Below, in pieces: positions 29,008 to 44,094 of a stretch of 64,000 nt of DNA. The first letter of the stretch is position 1. Each line of letters begins with the position of its first letter. The notes beneath the pieces are model-generated. The model saw only the letters and a list, made by a program, of their open reading frames with translations. It was not told the origin of the DNA and searched no databases. A program made the position numbers and the translations under genes. Source of the stretch: Eledone cirrhosa (taxonomy: Eukaryota); assembly GCA_964016885.1 (NCBI GenBank), contig OZ024740.1, positions 311,674,001-311,738,000 on the forward strand. Direction: 5' to 3'.

Positions 29008-29367
29008 AGAAAAACCACAGACCCTCCATCTCAACTCACTTTTTGAAAGGCAGAAGAACTGAGAAACCGGTAAAGGAACCAAATAAATATATATATTTTA
29101 AAAAAAAATAAGACTCCAGTTGCATTTTCGATTTCATCTCTTTTTCTTTATACTTTCACTCGTGTAGGACACCTCGGTTATTTTTCAATTTGTAAAAAAA
29201 CAATCACTTTTTAATATATATATATATATATATATATTTATAACGAAGGAAATGTGGTAAGGAACCAAGTGGACCATAACGCACCAAAGTACTCAATACT
29301 AGGGTAGTAGAGTGGGTAATAGGAACCAGTAAGACCCCCGACGGCTGAGCTCAAGCCGTTTCGACGG

Positions 29368-29413
<46 letters not shown>

Positions 29414-29708
29414 TATAGATAAAAATACAGAAACATATATATATATATATATATATATAAATACAGGCACACACATACACATATGATATGTTCATACAGA
29501 TATAAATAATATAAATACACACACGCGTATATATATATATATATATATATATTTCAATTCTTATATATATATATGTACATCTTTTGGGGACACCCTGTAT
29601 ATATACATCTTTTGGGGACGCCCTGTATATATAAATATAAATATATATAAATATATAAATGTGAATATGTATATATATAATATAATAATAATAATGAAAT
29701 ATTGTGTA

Positions 29709-29915
29709 CAGTGCTCAGGTGCACTACAACTCATCAAAAAGTGTATGTATAGTACATAGGGTAATGCACAAACGTCAGGAAAATGAACAGTGCATGAGTC
29801 ATGATATACACATGTGTGCATGTGTATGGAAGGGGTACATCAGGTGTAGTTTTGGCGAAGCATGAGGGTTTTAAAGGATGCAGTGTCTCGGCAGCTAACA
29901 ACTGACGCAGGCAGT
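29709..29915 (-). mobile_element. CR1/L2-type LINE (or partner SINE) 3' end
   Basis: Minus frame reads LPASVVSCRDTASFK. Confidence 0.45.
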
Positions 29916-30221
29916 GTGTGTATCTGTATTAATATATATATGTTTGTGTATATATATTGTGTATATGTTTGTGTATATATATATATAGTTGTTATATAGT
30001 AAGGTGTATTATTGGTGTATTATTGGTGATTAAAATGATTGGCAATTTAAACCATGCCTTCGGATCTTTATTTTGATATATACACACTCAGCCTCCGGAA
30101 TCCTCTCTCCCCCTCCCCACCCCTCTCACCCCTACCACCCACACCGACCTACACCACACCCTACCCCACACACACACCTTTTCCTGAACATGGAACCTCG
30201 TTCTTCCCCAACTCTCACATT

Positions 30222-30258
<37 letters not shown>

Positions 30259-30564
30259 GTACACCTACACACATACACCACCTTCAGCCCTCCCCGCTCG
30301 GACACCCCGCCTCCCTCTCCCCACTCCACCCGCCACCACCTTTACACGCCCCACACCCTTCCACCACTTGTTTATCTTCAACTTATTTTTATTTTTATTT
30401 ATTTATTTTTTATTTTTTTATTTTTATTTTTTAATTTTTATTTTTATTTTTATTTTTATTTGTACCCCTTCCACCGTTTTTCCTCCCTTTGCTCATCCCC
30501 CTTTTCTAAATGTCTCTCCTCCACTCCCCTACACACCCTCGGAACTCTCTTCCCACCCATTTTT

Positions 30565-30598
30565 CGCCCGAAGAAGGGCTTATGCCCGAAACGTCGTT
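30565..30598 (+). ncRNA. Minimal PLE-type hammerhead, U4>C variant
   Basis: CCGAAGA-AGGGC ttat GCCC-GAAAC-GTC. Stem I is weak. Confidence 0.55.
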
Positions 30599-31008
30599 CC
30601 CCACACCTCACTCCCAAGAGCGTGAAACTAATAAACCTTTGTTTGTACTGCCTCTCTGTTTTGTTCCCGTTCCATTTTTCACTATATATATATATATATA
30701 TAGTGAAAAGTTGGACGGGAACAAAAACTGAGAGATAGTACAAATAAAAGTTGATTAGGTTCATATATATATATATATATATATAAATATATATACATAT
30801 TCACATTTATATATAGATGATGTCCCCAAAAGACGTATACAGACTTCAACAGCATTGTAATCAAAGTGTATATACATTTTTGGCGTGTGCGGTTGTGTGT
30901 GTGTGTATACCAATGTGTCTTGGTACCCTTGAAATATATATAATAAAATAAATATGGTTTTATAAATATAGTTCCCATTTATTTAATATCATTGAATACT
31001 TACTCCAG

Positions 31009-32007
<999 letters not shown>

Positions 32008-32028
32008 TATATATATATATATATATAA

Positions 32029-32137
<109 letters not shown>

Positions 32138-32558
32138 CAAATTATGGTGCGCTTTCATCGATGGTGGTAAATGTCTTATCCCAATGTGTAGTGTAGTGTG
32201 TTGTCTATCAACATTCTGTTACGTCCCTTTACGTTCTGATTTCAAATCCAACAAATCCCACATATGTCGAATTTGTCTTTCATCTTTTCGGAATCAATAA
32301 ATTAGTACCAGTAATGTATTAAGGTGTCTACTCATTCTACTATAATGTAGAGCAAACATCACGAGCGCTCTATCTCAAAATTATTTTTGAAAAGTATTAG
32401 AAATGCGCAACCGGTAAAAACTTAAAACTAAAACTGAATACTAACCAATACTTATTACTAATTTATACTTATTCCTAATTAAACTATTTTTCACTGAGAA
32501 AAATTTGTCAGCATTTTCTTTTCCTTTTACTAATATATCAGAACTCGTGTGTTACACC

Positions 32559-32656
<98 letters not shown>

Positions 32657-33039
32657 ATAGAATGCCGTTAGCTTCTTGCTAAAACAATCTCTATACCTCT
32701 CATTTATATATATATATATATATATATATGATTTCTAAAGAATGAAACAGTTCTAGTCCTGTAGAATCTCATCTATATTAAAACTTTTATACTCTGCTAT
32801 GTATTGAGTACCTTACTTACTGTGGTTACTTCCGATTCAACCCGGAATAACTTACCGATATATTTGATATATCTCATATGAAATGATACAGCCAATTCTC
32901 CACACAATACAATATAGTTAGCACCCCGAACGTTTAATTAGGAATATACTCAGATATTTGCTAATGTTTGTTGAGTGAGTTGGAATTTGGCCGGAGTATC
33001 GCTATTAGCTTTCCCCGTTTATGTATTTATTTATATATA

Positions 33040-33612
33040 TATATATATAATTTGTTTTTTTTGCCACCGATTTCGTTCAAATTTTAAAGCAAAATAGAAT
33101 TTATCATTGCACATCCTGTAATGGCTTTATATTTTGCATTTGTTGTTCAGGGACGGCGTGGCAGCTGCTTAAATATTCAAAAATACCACTTTTAGACTCA
33201 AACTTCCACTTTTTCGGCTCTAGCTCCCACATTAATCAACCTACTTTGCTCAAATGTTACACTATTATTTCACGTCTTAAAGTGGCTTTACATTTTGGAT
33301 TTTTTGTTCAGGCACGGCGTGGCAGCCGCTTAAATTTTCGAAAATACCACCTTTTCGCTCAAATTTCCGTCTTTTCGGCTCTAGCTCCCACATTTTTCAA
33401 CCGATTTCGTTCAAATTCGAAACTCCCTACCCCAGCATGCCCCTTCGTCAGTCACCCGCGGTTCTCAATGATAGAGGTCATCACCACCCTCCCCCGCATG
33501 GCCTGTGTGTGTGGCCATAGATGAGTCATCGAGAAGCAGTCGCTAAGATCAACACCTTTTCATCAAAGCAGATATTATTTTACCTACACAGGCAACGCTG
33601 AGTACTGCTGCT

Positions 33613-33613
<1 letters not shown>
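33040..33613 (+). mobile_element. Degenerate Helitron-like element (mirror ~37111-37685)
   Basis: The 3' end CAGGCAACGCTGAGTACTGCTGCTTG|T resembles a hairpin + CTAG terminus. It has internal ~120-bp tandem repeats. Confidence 0.45.
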
Positions 33614-33689
<76 letters not shown>

Positions 33690-33789
33690 GAAAGGTATAG
33701 AAATTGTTTTAGCGAGAAGCTAACAGTATTTCATAATATATATATAATTGATGATTTCCTTCGAATGAAACAGTTCTAGTCCTGTAGAA

Positions 33790-33846
<57 letters not shown>

Positions 33847-33891
33847 GAAAGGTATAGAAATTGTTTTAGCGAGAAGCTAACAGTATTTCAT

Positions 33892-33943
<52 letters not shown>

Positions 33944-34102
33944 TTCTACAGGACTAGAACTGTTTCATTCGAAGGAAATCATCAATTCTGTACATACTCG
34001 GCTAATGTATGGAGTACCTTACTTACTGTGGTTATCCCTGATTGAAACCGGGACTCACACTCTCTCTCTCTCCCCTCTCTCTCTCCCCCCTCTCTCTCTC
34101 TT

Positions 34103-34204
<102 letters not shown>

Positions 34205-34681
34205 CATCCGTAACAGTTTTGGGACGGTGGGGAGGGGGATTTAAGTATATATACTGCACGTATATTATTATTAATATTAATACTAGCAGAAAAACCACCC
34301 GAAGGGTGGTTTTCTGCTAGCATCTGTAATGTGTATATTGATATTATACGCAGGTATATATACATGTTGGTATGATACATCAAATAAAGTCGTAATTGAC
34401 AATATATAATACATAGAAATTGAACGAAGACTGCGTTACACTGTCTTATGTAATCAGTAACGTAATCCATGATACATTAAAAAAGACGATATTATATATA
34501 AACTGCATTAGGAGAACATTAGTGACGGAAAATTAGTATGTTTATTTAAGCGATTGCCACCGGAAGTGTTGACATTTCAGAAATTTTAAAGAAGTGAATC
34601 TAAATAAACAAAATATATTTAATGAACAGCCACGAAATTTAGTAGATAAATTATGTAATATTCATTCATTATTTATTCAAA

Positions 34682-34875
34682 GGGCGGTGAATTGGCAGTA
34701 TCGATAGAGGGTCGGACGCCATGCTTTGACGCATAGAGTTACGGCCCTTGTCATTCTGAGTTCAAATCCCGCCGAGGTTAACTTTGCCTTTCATCCTTAC
34801 GGGGTCGATAAAATAAAGTACCAGTAATGTACTGGGATAATTGCTGGCTTTGTGCCAAAAGTAGAAACAATTATT
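34682..34875 (+). mobile_element. MetaSINE-type SINE (mirror 35853-36048 on -)
   Basis: Full-length copy, flanked by the direct repeat ATTATTTATTCAAAG. Confidence 0.85.
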
Positions 34876-35384
34876 TATTCAAAGTAATCCAACTTATTTT
34901 ACAAACGGGATAAACAAAATAAACCGTACGCAATCCCGCAGACCTTCCTTCATTATAGTTTAGATTGGCTCACGTTTTGTTATCACCAATACGAGACTAA
35001 CCAAGAGAGAAGTTAAAAACAAGATCATATTTACAGTCAATAGAAAATTAATGTAGTTAAATCAAAAGCACATGTCTATTGACACAAAATACTAGAGGGA
35101 CCTGAGCGCCGGAAACCTTGTATATGTATATGTATATGCATATATATATATGTATGTACGGGTGTGTATGATTGTGTATAGAAGATTATATTAATAAGAG
35201 GAATTCCAACATTGTCTGATTTACTCGTTTTATTTACAATCCTTTAAAATTTATAATGGTATTATAATGAAATAGTATGGTAGAATATTAAATGTTAAGT
35301 GTTAATTGAACAAGTACTTTCATGCTTTTGCAATCTCCAGGTTCATATTATGTGGTGACAGTCAAGTTTGCAATTTTCATATTA

Positions 35385-35423
35385 TGAACCTGAAGATTGC
35401 GAAAGCATGAAAGTACTTGTTCA
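35385..35423 (+). ncRNA. Minimal hammerhead at the palindrome centre
   Basis: TGAAC-CTGAAGA-TTGC gaaa GCAT-GAAA-GTAC-TT-GTTCA. The mirror copy reads CTGGAGA. Confidence 0.75.
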
Positions 35424-36525
35424 ATTAACACTTAGAATTTAATATTCTACCATACTATTTCATTATAATACCATTATAAATTTTAAAGGATTGTAAATAA
35501 AACGAGTAAATCAGACAATGTTGGAATTCCTCTTATTAATATAATCTTCTATACACAATCATACACACCCGTACATACATATATATATATGCATATACAT
35601 ATACATATACAAGGTTTCCGGCGCTCAGGTCCCTCTAGTATTTTGTGTCAATAGACATGTGCTTTTGATTTAACTACATTAATTTTCTATTGACTGTAAA
35701 TATGATCTTGTTTTTAACTTCTCTCTTGGTTAGTCTCGTATTGGTGATAACAAAACGTGAGCCAATCTAAACTATAATGAAGGAAGGTCTGCGGGATTGC
35801 GTACGGTTTATTTTGTTTATCCCGTTTGTAAAATAAGTTGGATTACTTTGAATAAATAATTGTTTCTACTTTTGGCACAAAGCCAGCAATTATCCCAGTA
35901 CATTACTGGTACTTTATTTTATCGACCCCGTAAGGATGAAAGGCAAAGTTAACCTCGGCGGGATTTGAACTCAGAATGACAAGGGCCGTAACTCTATGCG
36001 TCAAAGCATGGCGTCCGACCCTCTATCGATACTGCCAATTCACCGCCCTTTGAATAAATAATGAATGAATATTACATAATTTATCTACTAAATTTCGTGG
36101 CTGTTCATTAAATATATTTTGTTTATTTAGATTCACTTCTTTAAAATTTCTGAAATGTCAACACTTCCGGTGGCAATCGCTTAAATAAACATACTAATTT
36201 TCCGTCACTAATGTTCTCCTAATGCAGTTTATATATAATATCGTCTTTTTTAATGTATCATGGATTACGTTACTGATTACATAAGACAGTGTAACGCAGT
36301 CTTCGTTCAATTTCTATGTATTATATATTGTCAATTACGACTTTATTTGATGTATCATACCAACATGTATATATACCTGCGTATAATATCAATATACACA
36401 TTACAGATGCTAGCAGAAAACCACCCTTCGGGTGGTTTTTCTGCTAGTATTAATATTAATAATAATATACGTGCAGTATATATACTTAAATCCCCCTCCC
36501 CACCGTCCCAAAACTGTTACGGATG

Positions 36526-36625
<100 letters not shown>

Positions 36626-36784
36626 AAGAGAGAGAGAGGGGGGAGAGAGAGAGGGGAGAGAGAGAGAGTGTGAGTCCCGGTTTCAATCAGGGATAACCAC
36701 AGTAAGTAAGGTACTCCATACATTAGCCGAGTATGTACAGAATTGATGATTTCCTTCGAATGAAACAGTTCTAGTCCTGTAGAA

Positions 36785-36836
<52 letters not shown>

Positions 36837-36881
36837 ATGAAATACTGTTAGCTTCTCGCTAAAACAATTTCTATACCTTTC

Positions 36882-36938
<57 letters not shown>

Positions 36939-37038
36939 TTCTACAGGACTAGAACTGTTTCATTCGAAGGAAATCATCAATTATATATATATTATGAAAT
37001 ACTGTTAGCTTCTCGCTAAAACAATTTCTATACCTTTC

Positions 37039-37113
<75 letters not shown>

Positions 37114-38069
37114 AGCAGCAGTACTCAGCGTTGCCTGTGTAGGTAAAATAATATCTGCTTTGATGAAAAGGTGTTGATCTTAGCGACTGCTTCTCGATGA
37201 CTCATCTATGGCCACACACACAGGCCATGCGGGGGAGGGTGGTGATGACCTCTATCATTGAGAACCGCGGGTGACTGACGAAGGGGCATGCTGGGGTAGG
37301 GAGTTTCGAATTTGAACGAAATCGGTTGAAAAATGTGGGAGCTAGAGCCGAAAAGACGGAAATTTGAGCGAAAAGGTGGTATTTTCGAAAATTTAAGCGG
37401 CTGCCACGCCGTGCCTGAACAAAAAATCCAAAATGTAAAGCCACTTTAAGACGTGAAATAATAGTGTAACATTTGAGCAAAGTAGGTTGATTAATGTGGG
37501 AGCTAGAGCCGAAAAAGTGGAAGTTTGAGTCTAAAAGTGGTATTTTTGAATATTTAAGCAGCTGCCACGCCGTCCCTGAACAACAAATGCAAAATATAAA
37601 GCCATTACAGGATGTGCAATGATAAATTCTATTTTGCTTTAAAATTTGAACGAAATCGGTGGCAAAAAAAACAAATTATATATATATATATATAAATAAA
37701 TACATAAACGGGGAAAGCTAATAGCGATACTCCGGCCAAATTCCAACTCACTCAACAAACATTAGCAAATATCTGAGTATATTCCTAATTAAACGTTCGG
37801 GGTGCTAACTATATTGTATTGTGTGGAGAATTGGCTGTATCATTTCATATGAGATATATCAAATATATCGGTAAGTTATTCCGGGTTGAATCGGAAGTAA
37901 CCACAGTAAGTAAGGTACTCAATACATAGCAGAGTATAAAAGTTTTAATATAGATGAGATTCTACAGGACTAGAACTGTTTCATTCTTTAGAAATCATAT
38001 ATATATATATATATATATATAAATGAGAGGTATAGAGATTGTTTTAGCAAGAAGCTAACGGCATTCTAT

Positions 38070-38120
<51 letters not shown>

Positions 38121-38139
38121 TATATATATAAAATAAAAA

Positions 38140-38194
38140 ACTGCCTGAAGAGGTCACAGCCAAAGATGGCTGTCACTGAAATATATATAGCAGT
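38140..38194 (+). ncRNA. Hammerhead motif in a solo pseudo-LTR (38130-38340)
   Basis: ACTGC-CTGAAGA-GGTCACAGCCA aaga TGGCTGTCACT-GAAA-TATATATA-GCAGT. Confidence 0.8.
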
Positions 38195-38335
38195 AATAAA
38201 CGAAGCTAAATTTTAATCATTTGACTTTTATTTAACTTTATTTTACACTACTCCGGAGTAACCAAACCAACCTGCGCACTTCGTCGAGTGCTCCAGCCTG
38301 CATACTGAGGTGTTGGTATACAACCAACATAAACT

Positions 38336-38382
<47 letters not shown>

Positions 38383-38388
38383 CATACA

Positions 38389-38452
<64 letters not shown>

Positions 38453-38477
38453 CATATATATGTATACATACATACAT

Positions 38478-39085
38478 GGTGGCTGCCAACTCGTTTTCGA
38501 GTACGGCCACTACTTTATATCCATGTAGGAGAACCCCTACCGATGCGCTGAGCGATTGTGACTTTTTAGTCCAACCAGCGACTTGAAAACTCTGGTACAA
38601 ACACTACACTTGTGACAATTATTGACACATAGTGCTGGGCCCATGGTACCCTGTGACGACAAGTGCAGAGAGATCTCCAGATATAAAGCAATGCCTGTGC
38701 CGTGAAGCTTTTATAGTGAGCAAAGGCACTGCACAAAGCCAGTCCCACTCTCTTAACCAAGATGATATTTACCAAAAAGAAGAACAAGTCAACATCATTG
38801 GATACCATCAGGGTTGCAGGTGTTATATCAGAGTTTTCCTTCTCCTAGAATTCTGCCTTGACAAAGGCTAAGGGGTCATCTCTCCCTGTGATTTTGGATG
38901 GCCATTGACTCTTAAGAGCTCCTTTGCCCTTTGAAAGGTTTTATTTTTAGTCCTGCAGGATGTCCAAAGTCACCCTCTTCACCAAGAAACCTTGGTGGGG
39001 TTGCCAGTTTAGTCGCCAACGACCCGACCATGAGACAGGTTGTACTGGGATACATGTTACCAGTAGCACCAACTGGTGACCTGAT
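38478..39085 (-). mobile_element. Second copy of the 605-bp element
   Basis: Reverse complement of 17191-17797. Confidence 0.8.
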
Positions 39086-39153
39086 TTAATACATACATAC
39101 ATGCATACATACATACATACATACATACATACATACATACATACATACATACA

Positions 39154-39189
<36 letters not shown>

Positions 39190-39196
39190 TATATAT

Positions 39197-40970
39197 AGTA
39201 ATAATAATAAATTTGAAGACTAAAATCCAAAGAGGGCTCGATAAGGATAAATATATATCAAATATATAAGAACCGTAGAGCAAATATTTATTAAAATAAC
39301 CGATTAAAGTTTAAGCAAAGAATCGCTGCTTTCACCCTTAACGGAATCTTCTGAAACTAACAAAGTCAATCTGTAAACGCAGAACTGGATATTTCAAAAA
39401 ACGTTGCAAGCGGAGGAAGACAGGAAGACGATACTTTGGTTCGTGGAAACGTTCGCTATGCAAATAAGTAAAGGTATAAACAAAACATATACTCAGCTCC
39501 CACATCAAGACGTAAAATATCCACGTATAGATCGTACTATACGTTAGGGTATAACGTGGGGCTGTAATACAGGAAAGTTTTGTGCAATTTATGTTTACAA
39601 GCCGAAATTGCCTCAGATCTTTTGTTTAAGATGTGGTCTGTGGCGTAGAGTATTTCCAGGGCCTCAGCGGCGCAGAGGTCACATGGTCTTTTATTTCCGT
39701 TATACGATCTAGCCCTAGCTAGGATCTCCCAGTGTAACTTATATTGGGTGTGGTTGTCTTTTAGACTCCAGATGTAAGCTGAAAGTGACGTCATATTCCT
39801 TCTTAGAGGGTAACGAAACGAATGGGTATGCATGTAAAGACGCTGCTTGAATCTATTGGCGGTTAACCCTATGTAGGCCCTACGGGACGTGGGTGTTACA
39901 ACCTTGCATTTGTAGACAATGTTACTAGAGAGGCATTTCCCGGATAGGGGGCAATCAACCCGATTCCTACAATTACAGTTAGTACTAACTACAGGGTTGC
40001 ACGTATTCCTACGGCTAGGTAGTTTAGCTAAATTTGAAGCTGTGATGTTATGTGCAAGGTTAGGAGTCGTAGAGTAAGAAATTTTAATAGTATTTCTATT
40101 AAAAACTTTACTATATTTATGTGTAGGGGGAAAATGCTTCGAAATAAGGGAAAGAAAGATCTTAGCTAATGGTGTGGCCACCTCCATATTATATGGTGGG
40201 TTATAACAACAAATGCGACGGGATCTATTTCTTCTAGGTCTATTATCGTACTCTGTATATGCTACCTTATCGACAAATCCACTTCGAGCAAGAGCTTCAG
40301 TGTAATAAGTGGAATGGTCGTTGAAAATACGCTCGTTGGTGGAAAGACGGAAAAGCCTCAACGAAACGTTTCTTACCAGGTTCTTGGTTATGCTGGCAGG
40401 ATGGTTGGAATGCTTACTTATGTAATTAAGCGTATCATTCGGCTTTCTATGCGGGTAATACAACCCATTCAATAAGTTGAGGGTAACGTCGAGGTAATTA
40501 ACGACCGAGAGATTGGCCTCAACCTGTATAGAGAGGTTGAAGCCTTTAAAGAAGGCTGTGAGTTCTTTTCTGAACCTGTCGCAAGCACGAGGTCCGCACT
40601 TAGTCATGGTCAAAAGACCATCGTCACGGTACCAACCACCGCCCGCGTTGGGGAATTCGTCCTTGATAGAGAAAAGAAGGAAAAGGCCGATAAGATCAGT
40701 AACCTCCGCAGAATCACTGGCGCCCATACTCACGTCGAATGGGGTACTATTGGATTTTTTAATCCAAATAGAGTCGTCGAAATTAATCACCGACTTATTT
40801 ACATAGCGAACGTTTCCACGAACCAAAGTATCGTCTTCCTGTCTTCCTCCGCTTGCAACGTTTTTTGAAATATCCAGTTCTGCGTTTACAGATTAACTTT
40901 GTTAGTTTCAGAAGATCCCGTTAAGGGTGAAAGCAGCGATTCTTTTATTAAACTTTAATCTGTTATTTTA

Positions 40971-40976
<6 letters not shown>
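39197..40976 (-). mobile_element. 5'-truncated Penelope-like element with inverted pseudo-LTR
   Basis: 39283-39470 is the reverse complement of 40791-40976. Solo relatives at 52186-52740 and 55777-56210. Confidence 0.9.
39537..40826 (-). CDS. PLE RT (partial) + GIY-YIG endonuclease
   Basis: FDVSMGASDSAEVTDLIG, YRDDG, NYLDVTL, YNPPY, CNCR..CPLSGKC, IVYKC..YIG, CDLC, LNKRSE. The first ~10 aa derive from the inverted pLTR. Confidence 0.92.
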   Translation of the reverse strand: MVRGNVRYVNKSVINFDDSIWIKKSNSTPFDVSMGASDSAEVTDLIGLFLLFSIKDEFPNAGGGWYRDDGLLTMTKCGPRACDRFRKELTAFFKGFNLSIQVEANLSVVNYLDVTLNLLNGLYYPHRKPNDTLNYISKHSNHPASITKNLVRNVSLRLFRLSTNERIFNDHSTYYTEALARSGFVDKVAYTEYDNRPRRNRSRRICCYNPPYNMEVATPLAKIFLSLISKHFPPTHKYSKVFNRNTIKISYSTTPNLAHNITASNLAKLPSRRNTCNPVVSTNCNCRNRVDCPLSGKCLSSNIVYKCKVVTPTSRRAYIGLTANRFKQRLYMHTHSFRYPLRRNMTSLSAYIWSLKDNHTQYKLHWEILARARSYNGNKRPCDLCAAEALEILYATDHILNKRSEAISACKHKLHKTFLYYSPTLYPNV

Positions 40977-41034
<58 letters not shown>

Positions 41035-41079
41035 CAAAATATTAACAAATGAAGATATTCACATAATCAAAATATATGC

Positions 41080-41140
41080 TTTATTATATATATTTCGAAG
41101 GTACTGTGTTGTTTTTTCAGTACGTCCTCGTCAGATAAAA
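41080..41140 (-). ncRNA. Hammerhead motif (21341 family)
   Basis: Minus strand: TTTAT-CTGACGA-GGACGTACTG...CAGTACCTTC-GAAA-TATATATA-ATAAA. Confidence 0.7.
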
Positions 41141-41237
41141 TATATGATTTGATATATGATATTTGATATATGATATATGATATTTCAATTCCTGTATTGG
41201 CAATGCCGTAGAGGTATGTCATATATTAATCTTTGGT

Positions 41238-41307
<70 letters not shown>

Positions 41308-41407
41308 ACTAGTGAGGCTCTGATATCAATGGTAATAAAATACTTAATTGAAAAAATCGCGTTTACTATTTCTAAACTCTACTGAAATTTATAAAATCTT
41401 TCCTTAA

Positions 41408-41447
<40 letters not shown>

Positions 41448-42515
41448 TTCCTCACCGGACAACCGGTGTGGGCCCCGTTCGTGAGGCGAGCCTTCCCACG
41501 ACTCGTCTCACTGACCGAGCTGCAGTCCTGGGTCAAGCAGAGACCGAGGAAAATGGGCGACTGGCACATCGAATGTGCTCAGGCGCTCACAGCCCTCTGG
41601 CAGGCGGACCCGGCGATCAGTGGAGACTCCACTTCGTCATTCTATAGAGGGTTGGTCCGCAGCAAGTGCGACGACGCGCTCGGTGAAACTCTAGGCGTGG
41701 AGGAAGATGAACTGGCCAGTCTGTTCGGTAGGACCTTCCGCCCGGGACCGATGGACAACTTCCAAAAGTCCCTGGCCTGGCAGTGCTACCGAGGAGCTCT
41801 ACCAGTTCGAGACAAGCTCTACAGACATGGGCGCCCGGGCAGGGACCCTGCAAAAAAGATCTGTCCGAGGTGCGTGCGAGACGAAGAAACCGTCGCGCAC
41901 GCATTCATACACTGCCCGGGCGTCACTGACCTGTGGGGATATGTAGAACGACTATTGTCGCGGGTGGGACCAATCCAGTTGACCACCGAGTCCATTGTCA
42001 TGATCAAACCGCCACCCTCCTTCAAAAACGAAGGAGAGGCGGTTTTCCTTTGTGTGATAGCTATGGCGAAAGAGGTTGTATGGTGGACAAGGTTGAAAGG
42101 GCTGAGGTCAGACACCTTTCTCTCCGGCCAACAACTGATTCTTTTTTTCAAATACCACTTTGGAAGAAGAATCAGGATGGAGAGAGAGGTGCTGTACCCC
42201 AGCAAGTTTTATGAAAGGTGGGTGAAAGTGGCGAGAATGGCCCGAGTGAATGGGCCTTCTCTCTATATCAGCCTGTAGATTGAGGAAAAGGAGGAGGAGA
42301 GGAAAGGAGTACAAGCTCTTCGTACTCCTGAAGATGAGGGTTGCACATTTTTTTCGGGGGTATGTGTTACCCATATAAACTGTCTCCCTCTATTGGGGAA
42401 AATCGACTAACTTTTAAATTCCATCTGTGATAACATTTTACACGTTTTTATTGTATGTAAACTTCCCCCTTTGTATTTGTCCCCTTCTTTTGTGCCCCTG
42501 TGGCTAATAAAGAAA
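41448..42515 (+). mobile_element. Tx1-clade LINE, 5'-truncated copy 1
   Basis: ORF 41466-42278 equals the ORF2 C-terminus. Flanked by (CTAT)n on both sides. Confidence 0.92.
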
Positions 42516-42517
42516 TA

Positions 42518-42559
<42 letters not shown>

Positions 42560-42560
42560 A

Positions 42561-43864
42561 TGTCTGAGGTCAGACACCTTTCTCTCCGGCCATCTACTAC
42601 CGCTTGACCGTCGTGCCTTGTCCAGCCAAAACGCTCGCCAAAATGGAGCGCGCGCTCTTCCGATTCCTTTGGAAGAGGCGGGCTCCTTTGGTGAGAAGAT
42701 CCATCTGCTGCCAACACCCTTCTAACGGAGGGCTGGGGATGCCGTGGTTGATGATGCGCAAACAGGCGCTCAGGCTGCGGCATCTCTACGTATTCCTCAC
42801 CGGACAACCGGTGTGGGCCCCGTTCGTGAGGCGAGCCTTCCCACGACTCGTCTCGCTGACCGAGCTGCAGTCCTGGGTCAAGCAGAGACCGAGGAAAATG
42901 GGCGACTGGCACATCGAATGTGCTCAGGCGCTCACAGCCCTCTGGCAGGCGGACCCGGAGATCAGTGGAGACTCCACTTCGTCATTCTATAGAGGGTTGG
43001 TCCGCAGCAAGTGCGACGACGCGCTCGGTGAAACTCTAGGCGTAGAGGAAGATGAACTGGCCAGTCTGTTCGGTAGGACCTTCCGCCCGGGACCGATGGA
43101 CAACTTCCAAAAGTCCCTGGCCTGGCAGTGCTACCGAGGAGCTCTACCAGTTCGAGACAAGCTCTACAGACATGGGCGCCCGGGCAGGGACCCTGCAAAA
43201 AAGATCTGTCCGAGGTGCGTGCGAGACGAAGAAACCGTCGCGCACGCATTCATACACTGCCCGGGCGTCACTGACATGTGGGGCTATGTAGAACGACTAT
43301 TGTCGCGGGTGGGACCAATCCAGTTGACCACCGAGTCCATTGTCATGATCAAACCGCCACCCTCCTTCAAAAACGAAGGAGAGGCGGTTTTCCTTTGTGT
43401 GATAGCTATGGTGAAAGAGGTTGTATGGTGGACAAGGTTGAAAGGGCTGAGGTCAGACACCTTTCTCTCCGGCCAACAACTGATTCTTTTTTTCAAATAC
43501 CACTTTGGAAGAAGAATCAGGATGGAGAGAGAGGTGCTGTACCCCAGCAAGTTTTATGAAAGGTGGGTGAAAGTGGCGAGAATGGCCCGAGTGAATGGGC
43601 CTTCTCTCTATATCAGCCTGTAGGTTGAGGAAAAGGAGGAGGAGAGGAAAGGAGTACAAGCTCTTCGTACTCCTGGAGATGAGGGTTGCACATTTTTTTT
43701 TCGTGGGTATGTGTTACCCATATAAACTGTCTCCCTCTATTGGGGAAAATCGACTAACTTTTAAATTCCATCTGTGATAACATTTTACACGTTTTTATTG
43801 TATGTAAACTTCCCCCCTTTGTATTTGTCCCCTTCTTTTGTGCCCCTGTGGCTAATAAAGAAAT
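42561..43864 (+). mobile_element. Tx1-clade LINE, 5'-truncated copy 2
   Basis: ORF 42604-43623 equals the ORF2 C-terminus, including the CPRC..H..C zinc motif. Confidence 0.92.
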
Positions 43865-44094
43865 ATATCTCTCTATCAGACGTGTGTAACTTCGCGGAGA
43901 AGTTTCCGTTAATTTATGTAAGAAAAAAACGTGAGTTTTTAGTTAAATTTTATATCATTGTGTAACTTGACCACCCGTCTGGACCTTCAGGTGGTGGGTC
44001 AACTCATTTTCGCCCCTACAGGGGCGGAATATCCATTTAAAAAATTTTTCTCCATCGAATCTTGGAAAAAATATTGTAAAATTTTGATTACGTT

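Noticed and set aside
29033-29078. TTGAAAG-GCAG..CTGA-GAAACCGGTA hammerhead-like string
   Set aside because: Two core mismatches and a single copy. It is too degenerate to call.
39300-39470. Hammerhead in this pLTR family (CAGAAGA..GAAA; also at ~52670 and ~56145)
   Set aside because: The core is non-canonical in all copies and I found no closing stem I or III.
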